From positions 1-62,020 of the forward strand of contig CAZILH010000002.1 in the NCBI GenBank assembly GCA_964540095.1: a DNA stretch of 62,020 bases, read 5' to 3'. Every line of letters begins with the position of its first letter. The stretch's first letter is position 1. Source of the DNA: an uncultured Gammaproteobacteria bacterium (lineage in GTDB: Bacteria; Patescibacteriota; Patescibacteriia; UBA1558; GWA2-36-10). The notes below the pieces were generated by a model. That model had not been told where the DNA came from. It saw only the letters and a program-made list of their open reading frames with translations, and did not search any database. Of this stretch, positions 34,691 to 43,442 are shown one piece after another. The position numbers and the translations under genes were made by a program.

Positions 34691-36142
34691 TTATAGTTTG
34701 CCTAAATCAAGTTGGTGGTTAAATTTTATTTCTTTTACAAAATCTGGCATATGACTGATCAAGATGATAGTGCCCTCATAATTATTGATAGCTTGGGCAA
34801 TTATTGGAATATGACGAAAATTAATATGATTGGTTGGTTCATCCAGTATCAAAAGCCCAGGTCGCATCAATACTAAGCGTGCAAAAGATAATAAACCTTT
34901 TTGGCCTTCTGACAAATGGGAAATTTTGTGTCCCATGAGCTCACCAGTTATCAAAAATCCAGCCGCGATAGAGCGCATGGTTGGAATGTCCATTTCTTCG
35001 GCTGAAGCATTTTTTAAGGAATCAAAAACTGTTTGCTCATAATCCAAAGTGGCAAAATCTTGGCTATAATAGCCGACACGAGTGTCTGGCAAAATAGTCG
35101 CGCCATCACTGCTGTGATCCACCAAAGAGCGCAGTAGGGTGCTCTTGCCAATGCCATTTGGTCCGGAAATCAAAAGCCGATCTTTTTGTCTCAACACAAT
35201 ATCAACTTCTTTGCTAATTGGTTCGTGGTCTTTGATTATTTTTATTGATTTGATAGTCACCACTTTGCCGACAATTCCTTGAGCCGGAATCTCAAATTCT
35301 CTGATAGTTTTGTCTTCACGTCGGACATCCACTTTGTTTTCTTCCAATTCACCAATTTCTTCTCGGAGTTTGCTAGCTAGTTTACGCATTTTACCACCTT
35401 TGTTGGCAAAAAAATTAACCTTTTCTTTGTTGTCTTGGATTTCTTTTTCCAGCTGAGCATTTTTCTTGCGCTCTCTTTCAATCCGTTCGTTTATTTCTTC
35501 CACTACCGAATAATAATCGCCAACATAAGTTTCTGTTTTTTTGGTAAAAACATCCAAGTAAACCACACCCTCAGTAAAACAATTCAAAAAATCAGCATCA
35601 TGAGAAATAACTAGCACGGTCTTATCATAAGTGATCAAAAAATCAATCAAGTGATCGATGCCGGCTTTATCCAAATTATTTGTGGGCTCATCCAGCAATA
35701 AAATATCGGGATTTTGGATTAAAGCAAAAGCCAATAATATTCTAGCTTGCTGACCGCCTGATAGCTCGCCCAATTTTCTGTGCAGAGGCACAGTAAGATT
35801 CACGGCCGTCATTACTTTGCTTATTTGACTTTTGATATTACCGGGAACTTCCAAAAAAGCTTTGGCAAAATATTCTTCCACAGTTAAATCTAAATCTTGT
35901 TTATCAACCATTTGCAAGGCCGTGCCAATGGTAGCGTTGTTAGTCACAGAAACCAGTCCACGGGTTGGTTTTTCCTCACCTTTGATCAAGCGGAAGATGG
36001 TGCTTTTTCCTGAGCCGTTTTGTCCCATGAGAGTTATTTTGGCGCCTTGACGCACGCTAAAACAAACCTCGTCAAGTAGTAATTTTTTTTCTTGATATTC
36101 GAAGCTGACATTATTAAATCTTAAGATTACCTCTTCGGCCAT
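34691..36142 (-). CDS. ABC-F family ATPase (two NBDs, no TMD)
   Basis: GQNGSGKST and GPNGIGKST Walker A motifs. LSGGQQ and LSEGQK signatures. Charged inter-domain linker. Start moved to MAEEVILRF at 36142. Confidence 0.88.
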   Translation of the reverse strand: MAEEVILRFNNVSFEYQEKKLLLDEVCFSVRQGAKITLMGQNGSGKSTIFRLIKGEEKPTRGLVSVTNNATIGTALQMVDKQDLDLTVEEYFAKAFLEVPGNIKSQISKVMTAVNLTVPLHRKLGELSGGQQARILLAFALIQNPDILLLDEPTNNLDKAGIDHLIDFLITYDKTVLVISHDADFLNCFTEGVVYLDVFTKKTETYVGDYYSVVEEINERIERERKKNAQLEKEIQDNKEKVNFFANKGGKMRKLASKLREEIGELEENKVDVRREDKTIREFEIPAQGIVGKVVTIKSIKIIKDHEPISKEVDIVLRQKDRLLISGPNGIGKSTLLRSLVDHSSDGATILPDTRVGYYSQDFATLDYEQTVFDSLKNASAEEMDIPTMRSIAAGFLITGELMGHKISHLSEGQKGLLSFARLVLMRPGLLILDEPTNHINFRHIPIIAQAINNYEGTIILISHMPDFVKEIKFNHQLDLGKL

Positions 36143-36307
36143 ATATTTACTCAATTTATACAATAAAGAGCCCCAAGAAGGCTCACTGTCAGTACTTATA
36201 ATCTCATAATTTGAGCTAATTGTCAAAAAAAGTCGCTTATTGGGTCAATTATTTACATTAATATTGACAGTAAATTAATTTTATAATAGTATATTCCAGT
36301 ATTCGGT

Positions 36308-36381
36308 TGCCGGGTAGCTCAACGAAGAGCAACAGGTCAAGGACCTGGAGGTTGGTGGTTCGAATCCACCCCTGGCAACCA
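36308..36381 (+). tRNA. Atypical tRNA-like gene. It has a class I cloverleaf with anticodon loop TCAAGGA (nominal anticodon AAG), C33, no G18G19, and an encoded CCA.
   Basis: TGCCGGG-TA-GCTC-AACGAA-GAGC-A-ACAGG-TCAAGGA-CCTGG-AGGTT-GGTGG-TTCGAAT-CCACC-CCTGGCA-A-CCA. The T-arm is canonical. The D-loop and anticodon loop are non-canonical. Confidence 0.55.
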
Positions 36382-36417
36382 AGTTCTTTTCTTGACCAAC
36401 TTGGGTCAAAGCGCGCC

Positions 36418-36452
36418 ATCCGTCCGTTAGTTTTAACGGCGGATTTTTTTTC
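36418..36452 (+). terminator. Intrinsic terminator downstream of the tRNA-like gene
   Basis: Stem atccgtccgtta / taacggcggat plus a T-run. A GC hairpin (ccagagg..cctctgg) follows. Confidence 0.65.
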
Positions 36453-36518
36453 GTCCAGAGGGCGATCCACCTCTGGCGGATATTTTCTAAATATTTATAA
36501 TTATGCTATTATTTAATT

Positions 36519-37730
36519 ATGAAAAGATTTATTTTATTTATTACATTATTTAGCATAATTTTTCCGTGGTCAGTATTGGCCGCGACTTCTACTCTAGCCC
36601 AAAGCTATGCTGGTAAATTTATTATCCAAAGCGAAAGTTATAATCGCTTGTGGTATGTAGATCCCCAAGAAAAAACTCGCTATGTGCTCAAAAATTCTAG
36701 TGGCATCATGGATCTGTTTAAACAAAAAGCCACGGGCATCAATAATAAAGATTTAGCTAAAATAAAAACAACTGCCAAGGGCGCTTTCAATGCCAAGCTC
36801 ACCAATAGATTCAAAGGTCAGTTTTTGTTGGCCGTAGAAAACAAAGGTGAGATTTGGTATGTTGATCCAGCCACCGGAGTCAGACACTTTTTGAAAGATG
36901 GTCAGTCGGCTTATGATTTTTTTGTAAGCTATGCCACAAAATTAAAAAATAAAGATTTAGCAAAAATTCCCGTCACTACCAAGCAAGTGGTTGCTAGCTA
37001 TACTTTTGATAATGTCACTTACGCGGTCTATGATGATGGCGTATATCAAGCTGGTTCTTATTCAGAGGAGATTTTGCCTATCGCGTCTTTGTCCAAGCTC
37101 ATGACCGCTCTAGTATTACTTGATCACCAGCCAGATTGGCAGAAAAAAATAACTATTACTCCAGAACAGATTAATTATCCCAAAATTTATGTAGGCAATG
37201 ACGCAACTTCTGAAGTGAACATCAAAGCTGGGCAAACAATTTCTTTTTATGATCTGTGGGTGGCAATGCTCTTAGCTTCATCAAATCAGTCAGCCGTAGC
37301 CCTAGCCGAGTCCACTGGTCTGTCGCGAGTAGATTTTGTGGCAGAAATGAATGCCAAGGCCAAAGAGCTTGGACTTAAAAAAACTATTTTTTATGATATT
37401 GCTGGCTTGGATGAGGGCAATGTGTCTACAGCCAAAGAAATGGCGCAGATTGCGGCTGCAGCTTTTTCGCACGATGAAATTGTGTCAGCCACAGCCAAGG
37501 GTCAATATGTCATGGCCATGGTTAATTCTGATGGCACTAGCGCTACTTGTCAGGCAGTCAACCGCAACACCAGCTTAATGGCTTTTGGGCCAGAAGCCGC
37601 CAAAAGTGGCTATCTAGTAGAAGCCCAGCGCACCGCAGTTTTGAAAAAGGGGACCAAGGTAATTGCCATTTTGCATGCTAGGAGCATGGCCGAGAGGAAT
37701 AAGGTTATACAAAAATATTTAGGGGGATAA
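36519..37730 (+). CDS. Serine-type D-Ala-D-Ala carboxypeptidase (S11, PBP5-like) with an N-terminal repeat domain
   Basis: SLSK (SxxK), SSN (SxN) and KSG (KTG-like). Signal peptide. Two N-terminal repeats (..WYVDP..R..L..). Confidence 0.75.
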   Translation: MKRFILFITLFSIIFPWSVLAATSTLAQSYAGKFIIQSESYNRLWYVDPQEKTRYVLKNSSGIMDLFKQKATGINNKDLAKIKTTAKGAFNAKLTNRFKGQFLLAVENKGEIWYVDPATGVRHFLKDGQSAYDFFVSYATKLKNKDLAKIPVTTKQVVASYTFDNVTYAVYDDGVYQAGSYSEEILPIASLSKLMTALVLLDHQPDWQKKITITPEQINYPKIYVGNDATSEVNIKAGQTISFYDLWVAMLLASSNQSAVALAESTGLSRVDFVAEMNAKAKELGLKKTIFYDIAGLDEGNVSTAKEMAQIAAAAFSHDEIVSATAKGQYVMAMVNSDGTSATCQAVNRNTSLMAFGPEAAKSGYLVEAQRTAVLKKGTKVIAILHARSMAERNKVIQKYLGG

Positions 37731-37734
37731 AAGT

Positions 37735-37768
37735 AAAACACCGCCATTAATTTGGGGGTGTTTTTTTG
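37735..37768 (+). terminator. Intrinsic terminator
   Basis: Stem aacaccgcc / gggggtgtt plus a T-run. Confidence 0.6.
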
Positions 37769-37994
37769 TTGACTTTTAGCCCCAAAAGTGGGAAAATAAA
37801 GACAGTTTTTTGCACAAATAAAGCTATATTTTGGTTTCAAGCATTGCAAAAAATGCACAGGTTGAAAATCAACTGTTTCCAAAATGGAAACAGTTCAGAA
37901 AGAAAAAGCCCCCAGTAAGGACGGGCCTTAGCAGGGTCTTTATCGTGGTAATATAATAATTATAAATCAATACAATAATTAGTCAACATAGCGT

Positions 37995-38528
37995 ATGAAG
38001 CAAAATAATTTCGCTTTTATTGACAGTAACAACCTGCATCAAAGCTTGATCAAGGATATTATCAAAAATAACCAGTCGGTATATACTGGCTGGAAGTTGG
38101 ATTATAAGAGGTTTAGAGTATATTTAAAAGATAAATATGGTGTGCAAAAAGCTTTTCTGTTTATTGGCTTTGTACCCGGTAATCAAGCAATGTATACCAA
38201 ATTACAAGAGTATGGCTATATTTGTGTTTTTAAGCCAACGCTAGAGCTTAAAGACGGAAAAGTAAAAGGTAATGTTGATGCTGAATTAGTTTTGCACTCT
38301 ATGATTCAATACGAAAATTATGACCAGGCAGTAATAGTGTCTGGCGATGGAGATTTTTATTGTTTAGTAGAACATTTTCTGAATAACAAAAAGCTCAAAA
38401 AAGTTTTAGTGCCAAACCAGTATAATTATTCTTCTCTACTTGATAGATTGACTACATCAGAAAATAATATATTAGATTTTATGAATAATTTGAAGAAAAA
38501 GCTAGTTTACAAGAAAGAGAGTAAATGA
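37995..38528 (+). CDS. NYN-domain (LabA/DUF88-like) putative RNase
   Basis: FAFIDSNNL, GNVDAELVL and VIVSGDGDFYCLV acidic motifs. Confidence 0.7.
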   Translation: MKQNNFAFIDSNNLHQSLIKDIIKNNQSVYTGWKLDYKRFRVYLKDKYGVQKAFLFIGFVPGNQAMYTKLQEYGYICVFKPTLELKDGKVKGNVDAELVLHSMIQYENYDQAVIVSGDGDFYCLVEHFLNNKKLKKVLVPNQYNYSSLLDRLTTSENNILDFMNNLKKKLVYKKESK

Positions 38529-38615
38529 AAAAGCTCTCTTCGGGACTAACCCCTTCGAGAACTTTTTCGTCATGATTCTATTTGGATTATATACTAATAG
38601 TAATAATTAGTCAAT

Positions 38616-38966
38616 ATGCCCAACAAAATAGCCGAATTAACTGATCGTATCCTTGCCTTTCGCGATGCTAGGGATTGGCAACAATTTCACAACCACAAAG
38701 ACCTGGCAGTTTCTTTGCTTTTGGAAGCAGCTGAGGTGCTAGAACACTTCCAGTGGAAGAGTAAAGAAGAAATTGATGAGTATGTCAAAAGCCACAAAGA
38801 GCATATTGGCGAAGAGTTGGCTGATGTGTTGTATTGGGTTCTGCTGATGAGCCATGATTTGGATCTAGATATCGTGGAGTCCTTTGATAAAAAGATGGCG
38901 CAAAATGAAGCCAAGTATCCTGTCGAAAAGGCGAAAGGGAGTCATGTGAAGTATGATAAGTTATAG
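38616..38966 (+). CDS. MazG-like nucleotide pyrophosphohydrolase (all-alpha NTP-PPase)
   Basis: FRDARDWQQFHNHKDLA..LLEAAEVLEHFQW..GEELADVLYW..NEAKYP. Confidence 0.8.
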   Translation: MPNKIAELTDRILAFRDARDWQQFHNHKDLAVSLLLEAAEVLEHFQWKSKEEIDEYVKSHKEHIGEELADVLYWVLLMSHDLDLDIVESFDKKMAQNEAKYPVEKAKGSHVKYDKL

Positions 38967-38976
38967 AATAAATTGT

Positions 38977-39519
38977 ATGGACACTTCCAACATAATAAAC
39001 ATAATAATTACAGCTAAAAATATTGAACTCAAAGCTATTAGCTTGGATTATGCGCCCGATATTTTTAAAGAATTCACTCCAGAGATTACTGTCTATATGA
39101 GCCCTAAGCCAGCTGAGAAAATAGAGGAAACAATTGCTTTTATCAATTCAGCAACTAAAGAAAATAAGGAAGGTATTAATTTTCAAGCAGTGATCGTGGA
39201 TAAAAATACTCAAGAATTTTTGGGTTGTGCTGGTTTGCATCATATTGATAAGCCTCATCCTGAGCTTGGGATTTGGGTCAAAAAATCCGCTCATGGTCAT
39301 GGCTATGGCAAAGAAGCTATAGTTGCTATGAAAGATTGGGCTGATCAGAATTTAGCTTATGAATATTTAGTTTATCCAGTTGATAAGGCCAATATTGCCA
39401 GTTGCCGTATTCCTGAATTTTTGGGTGGTAAAATATGTGATGAGCGTACAGACGTTGGTATGGCTGGTAATAAATTAAATATTGTGGAGTATAGGATTTA
39501 TAAAACAGTTACAAGTTAG
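38977..39519 (+). CDS. GNAT N-acetyltransferase (RimJ/RimL-like)
   Basis: GHGYGKEA acetyl-CoA-binding motif. Start moved to MDTSN at 38977. Confidence 0.7.
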   Translation: MDTSNIINIIITAKNIELKAISLDYAPDIFKEFTPEITVYMSPKPAEKIEETIAFINSATKENKEGINFQAVIVDKNTQEFLGCAGLHHIDKPHPELGIWVKKSAHGHGYGKEAIVAMKDWADQNLAYEYLVYPVDKANIASCRIPEFLGGKICDERTDVGMAGNKLNIVEYRIYKTVTS

Positions 39520-39544
39520 AAAGTAAAAAGTATAAAGTAAAAAT

Positions 39545-40051
39545 ATGGGAGATTCTCAAAAAAAGTTACAAAAACAAAATGTAGGTAACGCCGGTGAATA
39601 TTATGTAGCTTCAAGATTGTCGGCTATTGATTTTACAGCCACCATAACGCTAGGGAGAGCTGAAAAATATGACATATTGGCGGTTGGCCCTAAAGGTAGG
39701 ATTGTTAAAATTTCTGTTAAGACAACACAGTTAGATAATGCTAAGGATTTTCCATTATCCGCTAAAGACGAACATGGGGCGGATAAAGATTTTTATTATA
39801 TTTTTGTAAAACTTAATAATTTTGATAAAGAACCAGATTTCTGGGTTATCCCAAGTTTAGTGGTCTGTCCTATGGTAAAAAAAGCAGACGAATTATATAT
39901 GCAAACATTGGGCAGAAATAATCGTGAGCATAAGGGATCAACACTCAGAATTTTGCCAGTTGAAGCCAGAACCAGCCAGATACCATTATATCCAAAAGAT
40001 TGGAATAATGAAGTTAAAAAATATTATAAAAATTTAGAGCAACTAATATAA
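39545..40051 (+). CDS. PD-(D/E)xK-fold nuclease-like protein, hypothetical
   Basis: GNAGEYYVASRLS..YDILAV..VKISVKT pattern (G..GE..V...L / D / xVK). Confidence 0.45.
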   Translation: MGDSQKKLQKQNVGNAGEYYVASRLSAIDFTATITLGRAEKYDILAVGPKGRIVKISVKTTQLDNAKDFPLSAKDEHGADKDFYYIFVKLNNFDKEPDFWVIPSLVVCPMVKKADELYMQTLGRNNREHKGSTLRILPVEARTSQIPLYPKDWNNEVKKYYKNLEQLI

Positions 40052-40060
40052 AAGTTTTTA

Positions 40061-40831
40061 ATGAATTTAATATTTAAAAAAAATATTATAAGCGAGTATA
40101 AAAGCGCTTCTCAAAAAGCTCGCATTTTGACCGAGCAATGGGTTCATGATTCTATTTTTTGTCCAAATTGCGGGCAAGTTAATATTCGGCAATATGAAAA
40201 TAATAAACCAGTAGCAGATTTTTACTGTAAAAATTGCCACGAAGATTACGAATTAAAAAGTAAAAATAATAAAATAGGTTCAAAAATAGTTGATGGTGCA
40301 TATCGAACCATGTTGGAAAGATTGGGTAGTAGTAATAATCCAAATTTTTTCTTATTACATTACGATGCATTAAATTTTCAAGTTGTAAATTTTTTGGTTA
40401 TTCCTAAACATTTTTTTATTCCAGAAATAATAGAAAAAAGAAAACCATTGGCTTTAACAGCTAAGCGTGCTGGTTGGGTTGGTTGCAATATTATTCTAAA
40501 AAATATTCCTAATTCTGGAAAAATATTTTTTGTTCGTAATAGAAAAATTGAAACTAAAAAGCACGTAATAAATGATTGGAAAAAAACTTTATTTTTGAGA
40601 GATGAAAATAAGATTGTGAATAAAGGATGGTTGCTTGATGTGATGCGTTGTATTGATAGTATTAACAAAAAGGAATTTAAATTAGATGAGATTTATGCTT
40701 TTGAAAATGTATTGGGCGAATTACATCCAGAAAATAAACATATTAAGGATAAAATTAGACAACAATTGCAATTTTTAAGGGATAGGGGGTACTTACATTT
40801 TAAATCTCGTGGTTATTATAGTATTAAATAA
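40061..40831 (+). CDS. DpnI-like type IIM methyl-directed restriction endonuclease (the prototype cuts Gm6ATC)
   Basis: Blocks I recall from S. pneumoniae DpnI: YKSASQKARILTEQWV, CPNCG, NNKPVADFYCKNCHEDYELKSK, DGAYRTM, NNPNFF, RKPLALTAKRAGWVGCNI, NKGW, NKHIKDKIRQQLQFLRD. The length is about the same (256 aa). Confidence 0.8.
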   Translation: MNLIFKKNIISEYKSASQKARILTEQWVHDSIFCPNCGQVNIRQYENNKPVADFYCKNCHEDYELKSKNNKIGSKIVDGAYRTMLERLGSSNNPNFFLLHYDALNFQVVNFLVIPKHFFIPEIIEKRKPLALTAKRAGWVGCNIILKNIPNSGKIFFVRNRKIETKKHVINDWKKTLFLRDENKIVNKGWLLDVMRCIDSINKKEFKLDEIYAFENVLGELHPENKHIKDKIRQQLQFLRDRGYLHFKSRGYYSIK

Positions 40832-40841
40832 AATATACAAT

Positions 40842-41318
40842 ATGCTAACAAAAAAAATAGAATTTACTAGGGATTTAATCAAGGGTAGAATTGCTGAGGT
40901 GATTTTTGAACAGATGATGCGTTTGAAAGAGGAGTATGATGTTATACCATTTGGTTATGAACACACTATGCCAATGTTAGCTCAACATCAAGATAAAGTA
41001 GAAATAAAAAAAATAATACAAAATATTTCAGATGCGCCCGATTTTGTTTTGATTTCTAATGATAAGGCAAAAATTTATTTAGTAGAAGTAAAATATCAAG
41101 AACATTTGAATATAGAACAAATAAAAAAAGATGCTTATAAACTAAGAGAAAGATGGGAGTCACCTTGGTTATTTGTGGCAACACCCAATGGTTTTAGATG
41201 TGCTACTTGTAAAAATATTTTAGAAAAAGATTTTATTGTAGATTTGCCGGAAAGTTGGGCAAGTAAAGAAGTGCAATCAGAATTTTTAAAACTACTAAAG
41301 GAATTTGAAAAATATTAA
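40842..41318 (+). CDS. PD-(D/E)xK-fold nuclease-like protein, hypothetical. It occupies the position that dpnD has in the DpnI cassette.
   Basis: GRIAEVIFE..APDFVLI..IYLVEVKY (D..EVK core). Start moved to MLTKK at 40842. Confidence 0.45.
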   Translation: MLTKKIEFTRDLIKGRIAEVIFEQMMRLKEEYDVIPFGYEHTMPMLAQHQDKVEIKKIIQNISDAPDFVLISNDKAKIYLVEVKYQEHLNIEQIKKDAYKLRERWESPWLFVATPNGFRCATCKNILEKDFIVDLPESWASKEVQSEFLKLLKEFEKY

Positions 41319-41321
41319 AAC

Positions 41322-41567
41322 ATGACGTCACCAGCCCTAAATTCTTATTTGCATGGACGCGCCCATTTATATTTTTTTAAATGCCAGGTCAAAGAGTGTC
41401 GTTTAGAGTTTATGGTCTTATCTTGGGCGAGTAAGTGGCCATTGGAGCATAAACCATATTGTCCAGAATGTGGTCAGCAAAAAGCAGCTTTTCTTCGTTT
41501 TGTTTTTACTGATGAGCAAATATGTGAAGTGGTATATAGTAATAAATGGGAAGATATTAAAAAATAA
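41322..41567 (+). CDS. Small Cys-containing (zinc-ribbon-like) protein
   Basis: KCQVKEC..CPECG, 81 aa, 3 nt after the preceding stop. Confidence 0.45.
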   Translation: MTSPALNSYLHGRAHLYFFKCQVKECRLEFMVLSWASKWPLEHKPYCPECGQQKAAFLRFVFTDEQICEVVYSNKWEDIKK

Positions 41568-41588
41568 TTACTAAATTAAAATAACCAT

Positions 41589-42743
41589 ATGTCAAACTTT
41601 AAAATCAGTAAAAAAATTAGTTCAGTAGCAGTTTTGATTTTAAGCGTCTTTGTGTTGACCGGCTGTGCTGGTCTTTTTGATTTTTTGGATGCTGATATGA
41701 GCAAAGCCATTGATAAAAAAAATCCCAAAATCTGTCGTAAGATGGATGATGAAGCTCGCAAAGAGCGCTGTCTAGCTGGTGTGGCTGAAGCCGCCAAAAA
41801 CGAAAAGCTTTGTGATGAGATCAAGGACTCAAGCACCAAAGACAATTGTTTGTCCAAAGTGGCCATTGCCGCTGATAAGCTGGATTTGTGCAAACAAATT
41901 ACTGAAGCCAGCTACAAAGATACTTGTTTTAACCAAATAGCTACTACTAGACAAGACGCTAATATTTGTACTTCTATTACTAATCCCAATACTGTCGGCG
42001 CTTGTGTTTCTCAGATTGCCGAAAGCAAAGGCGATATGAATTTGTGTACTACGATTGTGGCTGATTATTATCGTAATGATTGTTTTACCAAAGTAGCAGT
42101 CAAAAATAATGATCCAGCTATTTGCGACAATATGACGGCCAATAATAAAATAAATTGTTTTACGGTCATTGCCAAGGCCCAAAAAGACGAAAAGATTTGT
42201 GATAAGATAACAGAGCAGAGATACAAAGATGTTTGTCTTTCTAATGTAGCTTCTGTCACTGGTGGCAATTTGCTTTGTGGCAAAGTAGTGGACGCTAGGC
42301 AACGCGCCCAGTGCTATTATCTGGTGGGTACTACTACCTATGATGCTGATACTTGTTTTAAGATAGAAGACACTGGCCAAAAAGAAGCTTGCTATCAAGT
42401 AGTGGCTATTCACAACAAAGATGCGCAATTGTGTCAGTCGATTACGGTGGATATCAATAATCGTAATTTTTGTTTAAAGACCATTGCCACCGATAAAAAG
42501 TCGGTCAGTACCTGCAATTATATTACTGACAAAGTCGCCAACTACGATTGTATTTATGGTGTGGCCAATGTCAGTACTGATGCTAGTGTTTGTGAAAAAA
42601 TTGAGAGTAAGGGCACACGAGACAAATGTCTGTTCAATGTGGGTGTCACATCGCAAGACAAAAATGTTTGCCGTAATGTCAGCGACAAGGGCGAGAGAAA
42701 TACTTGTGAAGACGGCACCAAGACCACTCAGTTGCAACCCTAG
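41589..42743 (+). CDS. Lipoprotein built from about 11 tandem two-cysteine repeats
   Basis: Lipobox LTGC. Recurring unit of about 30 aa: C-x9-10-C-x3-(V/I)A-x5-8. Confidence 0.7.
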   Translation: MSNFKISKKISSVAVLILSVFVLTGCAGLFDFLDADMSKAIDKKNPKICRKMDDEARKERCLAGVAEAAKNEKLCDEIKDSSTKDNCLSKVAIAADKLDLCKQITEASYKDTCFNQIATTRQDANICTSITNPNTVGACVSQIAESKGDMNLCTTIVADYYRNDCFTKVAVKNNDPAICDNMTANNKINCFTVIAKAQKDEKICDKITEQRYKDVCLSNVASVTGGNLLCGKVVDARQRAQCYYLVGTTTYDADTCFKIEDTGQKEACYQVVAIHNKDAQLCQSITVDINNRNFCLKTIATDKKSVSTCNYITDKVANYDCIYGVANVSTDASVCEKIESKGTRDKCLFNVGVTSQDKNVCRNVSDKGERNTCEDGTKTTQLQP

Positions 42744-42777
42744 ACTTTGAGCCCGCTGGTTAATTACGATAAATTCT

Positions 42778-43143
42778 ATGCGTGTCTGGGATATACACCC
42801 AAAACATCTGTGTCACAAACATTTGCTGGCCGAGCATCGGGAGCTGCATGGGCTTTGGAATATTTTGACAAAGCATCAGGGTAAAGGTGGGTACTCGCGT
42901 CATCCCGAGACCTTGCGTTGGGTGGGAAAAACCAAGGCGCTTTATGAACGGCACGAAGCTTTGGGGCTTGAGTTTAAAAAGCGCGGTTATCATCATCAGT
43001 CACCGCTAGATCGGCGATTAGCTAGCGGCGCTGGTGGTCAAAAAGTTTTTATCAATACTCTGGCCGAGCAGAAAAAAATTTTAAAGAAAAAACCCTGTGC
43101 TTGTCTGCTCGATACTCCGCTTAAAAAATTAATTAAAAAATAA
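42778..43143 (+). CDS. Pyrimidine-dimer DNA glycosylase (T4 endonuclease V / Pyr_excise family)
   Basis: MRVWDIHPKHLCHKHLLAEHRELHGLW..GYSRHPETLRW. Confidence 0.75.
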   Translation: MRVWDIHPKHLCHKHLLAEHRELHGLWNILTKHQGKGGYSRHPETLRWVGKTKALYERHEALGLEFKKRGYHHQSPLDRRLASGAGGQKVFINTLAEQKKILKKKPCACLLDTPLKKLIKK

Positions 43144-43147
43144 AATT

Positions 43148-43438
43148 ATGAATTTTGAATACAAGGAGCAGGGCAATCCATTGGAACGCGACAGTATAGG
43201 TATTGAAAATGTTGTTTCCTTTGATGAGCTATATGAAAAGCTTAGGGCTTTTGGCAGTATAGAGGGCTCACAAAAATTTTATACGCCCGAGATGTTGATC
43301 AAGAAAATTGAACAAATGCGACATGGACATAGCGATCTTTTGTCTATCACGCGTAGTTATGGATTACGCGATGTCGTGGCTAGCTTATTGTTAGAGGACG
43401 CGGTTTATAAAAAACATTGTATTGATAAAAATAAATAA
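43148..43438 (+). CDS. Hypothetical protein (96 aa)
   Basis: ORF only. Confidence 0.45.
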   Translation: MNFEYKEQGNPLERDSIGIENVVSFDELYEKLRAFGSIEGSQKFYTPEMLIKKIEQMRHGHSDLLSITRSYGLRDVVASLLLEDAVYKKHCIDKNK

Positions 43439-43442
43439 AAAA

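Noticed and set aside
36258-36516. ORFs 36258-36470 (-) and 36307-36516 (+)
   Set aside because: They overlap the tRNA-like gene and its terminator hairpins, so they are not credible coding sequence.
41576-42750. Several antisense or alternative-frame ORFs inside the Cys-repeat lipoprotein gene
   Set aside because: These are shadow ORFs created by the repeat. The plus-strand frame has a lipobox and a regular Cys periodicity.
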